In this document: piece by piece, positions 53,664-64,000 of the stretch
Layout: each line of letters starts with the position of its first letter
Position numbering within the stretch: the stretch's first letter is position 1
Assembly: GCA_951406725.2 (NCBI GenBank)
Contig: OX597831.1
Coordinates: forward strand, 36,146,001 to 36,210,000
Length of the DNA stretch: 64,000 nucleotides
Direction: 5' to 3'
Source: Octopus vulgaris
Taxonomy: Eukaryota
Position numbers and translations under genes: made by a program
Notes under the pieces: generated by a model
Seen by the model: the letters and a program-made list of their open reading frames with translations, nothing else
The model's database searches: none
What the model was told of the DNA's origin: nothing

Positions 53664-56600
53664 GAGAAAAGGAAAAGAGAAAGTGTGAGAGGAGGTGATA
53701 GAAATGATGGTTCAAAAACTGAGTTATTTAATTTATTTATAATTCCTTTATTTTATTTAACACAATACTTCTAACAGCGGGAGAAATATTGTGTATTGAA
53801 TTGAATCATATCTTGATGAAATCATTATCCTAATGTTCGATTCTGGAATACTTTGATTTAATTCCTCCCTCCCACCAATCGAAGTATGTTCACTGAAATC
53901 ATGGTAGCTACTACTTTACGTACGTCATCTCAAACGGCTAATTTAAAAATCCACGAAGTCAACTTCGCCTTTCAGCCTTCCGACTTGCATTGTGAGGTCG
54001 CTTTGGTCGAATGTATCCTGCCTCAATATTTCTATTTATGTACCTATATAATAAATCAGTTTACAAGGACTGAAACTGAGTTTGTGATAGACTAGTGCAA
54101 TGATTCTAAAATATATTCTATCACGGAAGAATAATTTCCAAAAATAGTGGAACCCATATCTAGATTTTACACACCCCACCTCACCGTTCTAATTTCAGTA
54201 AATTATTAAATGAAGCAAGAATTGTTTTAGTTAGAGGATATATTCATATGACCTCTTCATCATGAAATAATTCCCTGTGAAAATGGAGGATACCATTTCT
54301 TCATCAAATATAATTTTATTGATTTTTATTAAACGACATCGTATTTCGCAGAACTACGATTTGGGAAAACAAATCTTTTTTCGCTCTATTAAGGTCAAGA
54401 AAAAGAAGGAACATAACTAAATTTCAGATTCTCTTCGATAGGTTTGAGCAATAACAGATTGCTGTGTTTACTGAGTGTTTACTTTTTCACAATCCCGAAA
54501 CTAGTTCGAGTGTATCACTCAGGCTTGCGAGGAAGGGATGGCCTCCCTTTGCAAATACTCCAAGGACACTGATATTGTGTCTAAAGCCAGCTTGAGACGA
54601 AGATCTCTTGGGGCTATAAAGCTACAGTAACACCCCCTCCCCAATGTGGTTAGCCATGATAAGATGGCTTCTATACTTTACATTATTATGATTATTTTCC
54701 AAATATTAAAACAAATATATTGTTTTTATGTTCAAGCCAAATGGAATATACTTTAAATGGACACTTAGTCTGTTTTACTGTGGTTACTTGTTCCAGAAAA
54801 GCATGTCATGCTAACACAATTCTCTCACACCATTCATCGAGCTGTTCCTGGAATAAGAGTCATAAAGGCAGTCAAATTTAACCCCGATACTCTGTGTATA
54901 TGCAATAGGCTTCTTTCAGTTTCCATTCATCAAATCCACTCCCAAGGCTTCGAAAAAGAATGGAACTTTTAGGATTTATGAGGGTGGGTTTAAAAATATA
55001 TTTCTTTTCACATAGCATAATCGTATGACTTACGTAGGATACAAATTCACAAACCAGAATTCCGCCGAATCCTTTATTTTCCAAATCCTTTATATTTATC
55101 AGTTATTGATGTTGTATAAAAATGATAGTATTTTGTATATCAGTGGCATAACTTGATGTAAGCGAAGTTGTACTAGCATTGCCTCGCTTGTCATACAAAC
55201 GGCTTGTTCTAATCTACGACAAAACCTTAATAGATGAAGTCAACGAGGGCACCTCTACGTGGTACCTTCAGCCTCGCAAGAAATAGCACTAAGTGTTCTC
55301 TTGATTTAGACAACCATCCTCTTAAAAAGTAATGGATAGATGGACTAATGTAGTGCTACATATTCCATGTCCGCAATAAGGACAGGAATGTTGTGGTTGG
55401 AACAATCCTGCTCAGGGAATAAGAACCACAATTAAGCTGTAGAAAATGGTTACTCACTTTTCTAATTTTTTGTTGAAATCAAGGGAGGTTGAGAGTTTAT
55501 CTACAAAGTGTAGTGCAGGTTATAACTTGATTTCCTACACTGTACGATGTTTGACATAAAAAAGAACAACAATAGCAAATGTATTGGAGTCGAACCATTG
55601 AAAGACCTATAACTTCTTTAAAATAATGGGCTCAAATTAATCATATAGTCAGTACAATTAAGTATTAAAGATTATATGTTGTTTAGCATAGGGCAGCCGT
55701 GAAAGATGTTCCGGCTATGGCCATTCCAACATTTCCAAGGCTAAACAGAACTTCATTATCCAATGTGTAGATACCTTATTTAAAAAGAGTAAGGAGTGAT
55801 TTGAGGGAAGATGTTTGACTGCTATATCTAGCAGATAAAGCAACAATATTCTCCGCTGGTTGAAACTGATACTATGCTTATATTTATTAGCTCAAGAAAT
55901 TTTTTTTAATTAATGGCGCTGAGAAATGAACTCATCAGAAATTGAGAGGAAAAATAAATTTTCAGAATAAAAACAAAATTTGAAAAACAATGCTAGGTTC
56001 AATATCAAACATCAAAAAGAAATTCTTTCAAGTCAGCTTCCCCTATTACAATATAAAACACCTACGCGTACCTCCACCACGTCAGCCAGTGTAACTTCTC
56101 TCTTTTCGACCTCCAACACCGAAAAGTCTTGCCAAATGTATTAGAAAATAATTTATGAGTATTCAAACTCAATTTTCCACCTCTTAATTCTTTTACATTA
56201 TTAGATGCGTGACTTGCCACAGTCTCTAAGAATTAACAGTTGTACAAATTCTTCTACAAAAATTATATTATTTGGGAAGACATGAGAAAATTAAGTTTAC
56301 GAAACTGGAAGAGAGCCAAATTGAAAATTTGAAGACTCATGGCGTTTTGATTGATATCGTTTTTCATCGGTTTTGTTAGTTTCTGAAACAAAGCAAATTA
56401 ATACTATTGTCTGTCAGTCTCTATGTCTACCTCTTTGTCTCGCGCATGTGCACTCTCATATTATTTATTTATGAAGTCATATTTCTGGACATATAAATGA
56501 TTAAATATGTATTTAGAAGTTGTTAAGTGATAATCGTTGTATTCATCTCTCTTTCAAGCTACTTCTAGAGAGGCTCTACGCGGTTGATGAAATAATCCTT

Positions 56601-57013
56601 TCTAATATCAGGTCTGGAGGGGACAGTCGGTTACATCAACCCCAGTACTCAACTGGTACTTATTTTATCGACTCCGAATGGATGAAAAGCAAAGTCGACT
56701 TCAGCGGAACTTGAATTCATAACGTCAAGATGGAAGAAATACCACTATGAATTTCGCTCGGCGTGCTAACTGTACTGTGTAGTCCTAAATATTTAAAAAG
56801 ACAGGATGGTCTCCGTTGGAATGCTTTTGACGATAGAAGTACTAGATCAGACATGTTTAACTTAGAGCTAAACCACAGCAGCAGCAGCAGCAGCAAAATA
56901 ATAACAAAATGATCAGCATATACAAAACAACAAAGGCTACGGGTTGCACAGAGGTTATACACGCAACCCATCTACTCTGAAACTAAGAACACAATATGAA
57001 ACACTGCTTGAAT

Positions 57014-57163
57014 GCGTAGGCGTGGCTGTGTGGTAAGATGCTTATGTTCCAACCACATGGTACGGGGTTCAGCCCCACTACATGGCACCTTGGACAAGTG
57101 TCTTCTACTATGGGTAGAATGCCTTGTGACTGGACTTAGTAGACAGAAACTGAAAGAAGCCCG

Positions 57164-57217
<54 letters not shown>

Positions 57218-57310
57218 TTATGTGTTTCTCTCCCCACCACCGCTTGAAAACCGGTGCATTCGACTAAAAATTGGCAGCAGTCTAATGACTGGTACAAGTA
57301 AAAAGGAAAA
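57014..57310 (+). mobile_element. S2 SINE with internal deletions
   Basis: GCGTAGGCGTGGCTGTGTGGTAAG head and internal microsatellite. Confidence 0.8.
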
Positions 57311-57547
57311 AGGATATTACAGACAGTGTTTGTTCCTACAGTAAGATGTGATTCACTTTGTGACTGTCTCTGGTATGTACAATGTCTTCCTAAAACACCC
57401 GGGAAACTTGATATTGGTGTTACGTCTGGAATAAATGATCGTTGTATCTCATTTACTCGTTCAGTTGACTTCCTACGAATCTTTAGCTCTGTTTCAGTGA
57501 ACGAACTGTTGTTAAACAGAAAATTTTTAACACCAGCAACAAGTACG

Positions 57548-57701
57548 GTTCTGTATTTAAGAGATGGAGAATTATGTACATTATTTACATTTGACGGATA
57601 TTTGTCCTCATCTTGTTTGTTGTTAACACAACGTTTCGGCTGATATACCCTCTAGGTTTCATTAGGCGTTTTGGGGAAATTTCGAACCATGATTTTTATT
57701 A

Positions 57702-57785
<84 letters not shown>

Positions 57786-57922
57786 TCACTGCTTGGAATC
57801 GAACACGGAATATTGGGGTTATTAAACCACGCTCTTAATCACTACGCCATATGCCCGTGGGCATAGTGGTTAAGAGCGCAGGCTACTAACCCCAAGATTC
57901 CGTGTTCGATTCCAAGCAGTGA

Positions 57923-58003
<81 letters not shown>

Positions 58004-58172
58004 CAATAATAACAACAATATCGAAGAATACCTTAGGAATGAGAACCCAGGTTCGAAATTTCTCCAAGACACCTGATGAAAGCTGGAGGGTATACTAGCC
58101 AAAACGTTGTGTTAACAACAAACAAGATGAGGACAAATATCCGTCAAATGTAAATAATGTAAATAATGAACA
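57548..58172. mobile_element. Foldback tRNA-head/(AAT)n/hammerhead element, copy 2 (family E)
   Basis: Centre ATGCCCGTGGGCAT (57851-57864); tRNA-like heads 57784-57856 (-) and 57859-57924 (+); hammerhead folds at 57625-57670 (-) and 58068-58113 (+); extension on the left arm only. Confidence 0.85.
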
Positions 58173-58648
58173 GAAACTAGTGTAGGGCGAAAATATATAC
58201 GAACCGGCTTCAAAATAGATGCTATATCAACAAAAAATTGAAAGATAATACTCCTGGGTAGCATTTGGTATACTAATCACATATGTAAAGTAGTAAGGTG
58301 AAAAACAAATTAGGAAAAACGACCTTCCTCTATGAATGTTAAAATCTTGAAACTATAAGCAAGAGAGACAACTCCGATAATATTAGCTAATTCATTTTTT
58401 TATAAAAATTAAGACGATGCAGTTAGTACTGGGCCTTGTCTTTAAAGAGCAACAGGTATATTTCAAGTTTATTAGATCACCTCAATGATGTACATTCAGC
58501 TGCAGTTCAAAGACTTAAGAGATGATCAGTATATACGGAAATAAATGTAGTGATTACGAATACCAGCAATAGGGCAGAGAGAAAATATGCACTAGGAGCA
58601 CGTTTTTAATGCTAAATACACATAGAGTGGAACCTCACAAATGTAACA

Positions 58649-58867
58649 TAGTAATCTCTCGCAATATCGCGGCTCACCTATCGCGGTTTATTAATTAAGC
58701 TTACGTCGATCCCTCCGTGATGTTTTGCATTTATAATAAAATAAATATATACAAATTATAAAAATAATAAAAAAATATACAGTACTGTATTGTTTCTATT
58801 TCGCGGATTTTCACCTATCGCAGGGGGATTTCGGAACGTAACACCCGCGATAGACGAGGGTTTACTG
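58649..58867. mobile_element. pogo/Tigger-type MITE
   Basis: Imperfect TIRs TAGTAATCTCTCGCAATATCGCGG / CCGCGATAGACGAGGGTTTACTG|TA; repeated subterminal TCACCTATCGC. Confidence 0.7.
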
Positions 58868-59646
58868 TACATGTAGGTAATCAACTACTACACTGCAGTT
58901 AATCATATCAACTATAATATAGCAGTTAAGCAACTAGCTCGGTTTGCTGAGATTATTTTTACTGTTAAAAGGCAAAAGAAACCTCTACAGAGTTTATGAA
59001 AATCTACCAAAGACAAGAAAGGCTGTGGCACCAGTATAATATTACTCTTAAGTACGCGCAGAAGAAGACATATAGCAGCATACATGGGTGGTTTAGAATG
59101 TTGAAAAGTTCTATTTCCACTTGACAGCAGTCGGAGAAAAACTCGTTTTTGAATAATTAAAGTACATTCTATTATATGAAATAAATAGCAATAAAAACTG
59201 TTATTTGTAATAGCCACCAGTTCACCACTCCCATCTGCGCTCACACAGGGTAATAAAAAGTTACTTTAATACACAACAAAATTTATTGCATTATATTAAA
59301 AGCTTTATATCTGTTTAATATCATCCTTAAAGTTGGAGTAAAGAAAATAAATCTGGGAAAATCACCCTCAATTGAATATTTAATTACTGTAATGTAAGTA
59401 TATCTATAAATTTAACCAAAACTTTGAACAACATTTTGGATTGATCTAAAATGATAGTAAAATTTCAACAATTCCATTTTCATTATATTTTAATAATATG
59501 TTGATTGTATTGATAATTTTGATAACTACAACTGCTACAAACGCACACACTCTTATAGCTTTCATTCACTGCAATTAACTCTTCTGCTTTTTTTTTACAG
59601 CTTTAAGCTTAAATTCTCTTCGTCACTACCGTCCACGATTCTAACT

Positions 59647-60002
59647 TATTTCTTTACTACCCACAAGGGGCTAAACACAGAGGGGACAAACAAGGACAGA
59701 CAAATGGATTAAGTCGATTATATCGACCCCAGTGCGTAGCTGGTACTTATTTAATCGACCATGAAAGGATGAAAGGCAAAGTCAACCTCGGCGGAATTTG
59801 AACTAACAACGTAAAAACAGACGAAATACCTATTTCTTTACTACCCACAAGGGGCTAAACACAGAGAAAACAAACAAGGACAGACAAAAGGATAAAAGCC
59901 AAAGTCAACCTCGGCGGAATTTGAACTCAGAACGTAGCGGCAGACAAAATACCACAAAGCATTTCGCCCGGCGCGCTAACGTTTCTGCCAGCTCACCGCC
60001 TT
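59647..60002 (-). mobile_element. S1 SINE dimer
   Basis: Bounded by the direct repeat ATTCTAACTT. Confidence 0.9.
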
Positions 60003-60207
60003 ATTCTAACTTGCGACGTCACTTGTGCCAACCTGCATCGGCGTTTACCTTTCTCTTGTGTAAAATCGGTGATGTGGAGAGGGAAGTCTTGTATGCATGG
60101 GTGACTGCTGGTCTTCCATAAACAACCTTGCCCGGACTTCTACGTCGGAGAGTAACTTTCCTGGTGTAATCCCATGGTCATTCATGACCAACGGAGGTCT
60201 TCATATA

Positions 60208-61508
60208 TTAGGTTGTCAAGAAAGTTCTTGCGGAATTTTTAAATTTGGTATTAAATGATGTATTTTCGAATTAATTTTTGTTAAATTACTTTGACTTTAT
60301 ATATCATTTTAAAGCATGTTTCTCGCTCTATCTAATCGTGCTACTCTTTTTCTTTTTAAATAATTAGACCATTTTTCCGGAACGTTGAATACAACATGGA
60401 CAAAAACAAATTCGCACAATTTTCTTATTCCAGTTCAAGCTAGGCCGGAAAGCTGCTGAAACAGCTCGCGGTATCAACGATCCGTTTGGCCCAGGAACCA
60501 CTACTAAACGTACAGCACAATGGTGGTTCAAGAAATTTTGTAGCGGTGACGAGAGTCTTGAAGATAATAAGCGCAGTGGTCGGCCATCGGATGTTGACAA
60601 CGATCAACTAAGAGCCTTAGTCGAAGCAAATTTACGTACAGCTGTTCGAGAGCTTGCTTCTCAATGAGACGTAACATATACGACAATTTCCAACCACTTG
60701 AAAGAGATTGGAAAAACAAAAATACTTGAGAAATGGGTGCCGCACGAATTGAACGACCCCCCACCCCCCCAAAAAAAATAAAATAAATAAACGCCGTTTT
60801 GAAGTGTCGTCTTCCCTTCTTTTACGCAACACGAAGGACCCGTTTCTCGACCGGATTGTGACTTGCGGTGAAAAGTGGATTCTTTACGACAACCGGCGAC
60901 GCTCAGCTCAGTGTTTGGACACCGACGAAGCTCCACAGCACTTCCCGAAGCCAAAGTTGCACCAAATGAAGGTCATGGTGACTGTTCGGTGGTCCGCGGC
61001 CGGTCTCTTCCATCACAGCTTTTTGGAACTAGGCGAAACCATTACGGCGGAGAAGTACTGTCAGCAAATGGATGAAATGCATAAGAAAGTCCGACAACCA
61101 GCTTTGGTCAATAGAAAAGGACCAATTCTTCTCCACGACAACGCTCAGCCACACGTCGCACAACTGACCATGCAGAAGTTGAACGAATTGGGTTACGAAA
61201 CTCTGCCTCATCCGCCATACTCACCAGACCTCTCACCTACCGACTACCACTTTTTCAAGCATCTCGACAACATCCTGCGTGAGAAATGCTTCAAAACCGA
61301 AGACGATGCCAAACACGCCTTCAACGACTTCATCGCCACCAGAACGCAGGATTTTTTTACGCTGCTGGCATAAATAAACTTGTTTCGCATTGGCAAAAGT
61401 GTGTTGATTCTGATGGTGTTTATTTCGATTAATAAACTTTGTTTGAGCCGAGATATGTGCATCTGAATTTACAGGTTAAAATCCGCAAGAACTATCTTGA
61501 CAGCCTAA
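60208..61508 (+). mobile_element. Full-length (1301 bp) mariner, Hsmar1/cecropia-like, decayed transposase 60396-61432
   Basis: TIRs TTAGGTTGTCAAGAAAGTTCTTGCGGA / TCCGCAAGAACTATCTTGACAGCCTAA; left TA target. Motifs KQIRTIFLFQFKLGRKAAET, WVPHEL, IVTCGEKW (first Asp lost), HDNA, YSPDLSPTDYHFF (DD34D). Several frameshifts. Confidence 0.95.
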
Positions 61509-61539
61509 CATACATACATACATACATACATACATACAT

Positions 61540-61620
<81 letters not shown>

Positions 61621-62059
61621 CATACACACATAAATGTACTCAGACAGATGCCCAGAGGTGAAATTCAAGTTGGAGAAATGGGGCTCAAATATAAGAAGTA
61701 GACTTAAATACTATTTTTTCAGCTTAACAAAATAGTGTGGGTTTGTAAACAGGCACACATACCCACCTATCTGTCATTGTCTTCTAATTTAGGCACAAGC
61801 CGTAGTTTCAGAGGATAGCTTAATCGAATACATCGACTCCAGGTTTTGGGAGTTACTTTATTTTATCAGCCTTAAATAAAGGAAAAGATTAAGTTGATCT
61901 CGACAGAAACTGAGCTTTAATGGTCATGAGATTTAGAAACAAGGCCAGTAATTTTGCGGGTATGGTTTAGACGATACCTCTGAGTCCAAAAGTTGCTGGT
62001 ATTTTATTTTACCGACGGACGGAAGGCTATGGTGAATTTGGCGGCATTCAAAACGTGTC

Positions 62060-62315
62060 TTTTGAGGCGCGTCGTGTCTTTTGAGCAAAACACTTTAATT
62101 CACGTTGCTCCCAGTCCACTCAGCTGGCAAAAATGAGCTATACCTGTAATTCAAAAGGGGGCAATCTTGTCACATTTTGTGTCACGCTGAATCCCCCTGA
62201 GAACTACATTAAGAGTACGCGTATCTGTGGAGTGTTCAGCCACTTGCACGTTAATTTCACGATCAGGCTGTTCCGCTGATCGAATCACCAGGAACATTCG
62301 TCGTTGAAACCGACC
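62060..62315 (+). mobile_element. Headless S3 SINE
   Basis: CCAGTCCACTCAGCTGGC body and CAGGCTGTTCCG tail. Confidence 0.75.
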
Positions 62316-63084
62316 ATGCATGTATGAATGAATGAATATAAATGAATATATGTACGAATGAATGAATGTGATTTTCAACTAAAGGTAAGCAATAATTTTC
62401 TATATTTTTAATGGATTTTCAACATTAAAATTATATCTTTCGCAAGCAGGCATACGTAGTATGCGATTAATATCTTATCTTTGCGTTTCAGTGACCCAAA
62501 GTCAAAACAATTGAGAGCCCCTACTTTACTTGCCAGATTTAGCAGTTAAATATCCCTTATCTTACATATAGAGTTCAAGGGTACTTTAGATAATATACTT
62601 ACTACATAATCTCTAAAAAGATGGGATCGTCATGTCCAAAATGCTTTTGATCTTATATATGCCCAATGAAGGTTAACCCAGGGTTAAACACTAACAATAA
62701 CAACAAAAACAACAACAACGACATGAAACACCTTCAACAGTTAAAAATCTATTAACCCCGGTTTGGTTATTCCGTATCGTTCGTATTTGTTCAACCATTC
62801 AATATAAAAATATATATATCTTCTATCTTTAGACTAGAAGCAATAATTTTCAAGCTGTGTTATTTTTGTTATCGCTATAGTTCTGCTTGAATTGAGGACG
62901 GACGCTGCAATGAATGCCATATTATATTCAGGAAGTTGTTTCATAAAACACATGAATGCCACGGTGTTCAAAGGTTTAATACTTATCCCTAATGAAACTA
63001 GGAAGTCGGTTAAGACCAAAGAGAAAATGAAGAATAAATAAACGGTATTCATAAACTACAGTTTAAAATTAATAGCCATGCCGA

Positions 63085-63817
<733 letters not shown>

Positions 63818-64000
63818 CAGACACATAAATATCGTGTGACTGTGTGTGTAACAACAAAAACATATATTTGACTGACTGAATCTGATTTGTATAGGAAAAT
63901 GTTTTGGCTGTGTTTCAACCACGGCACCGTGACATATAATGTATGTAGAACTAAACACCTAACGAAAAGAAACTAAACCCAATATATAATTTGAAAACTA

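Noticed and set aside
57784-57924. Two functional tRNA genes
   Set aside because: Acceptor stems do not pair, one head has a deletion, and both are parts of a repeat.
60804-61373. SETMAR-like domesticated gene
   Set aside because: Bounded by TIRs, frameshifted, first catalytic Asp lost, and no SET exon seen.

Overview
AT-rich, microsatellite-dense animal genomic DNA; the SINE families and repeat landscape look like a coleoid cephalopod, probably Octopus (inference). No intact host protein-coding gene can be supported, only three weak exon candidates. Most ORFs in the supplied track are microsatellite or SINE artefacts. The real coding remnants belong to transposons: a young 5'-truncated CR1-group LINE RT, two Tx1/L1-clade elements, RTE and R4/Dong 3' fragments, a full-length decayed Hsmar1-like mariner and a DD37D (maT) fragment. 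Three tRNA-derived SINE groups, Helitron-like elements and a MITE are also present. The main signal missing from the ORF track is RNA-level: at least five distinct short repeat families carry minimal type-I hammerhead ribozyme folds with palindromic stem III, as known from Penelope-like element pLTRs. These include non-canonical cores (a compensatory G3-C8 swap and a family-wide U6) and a twice-seen foldback element built from head-to-head tRNA-like promoters, (AAT)n spacers and hammerhead arms. All folds were read by eye and none is tested for cleavage.
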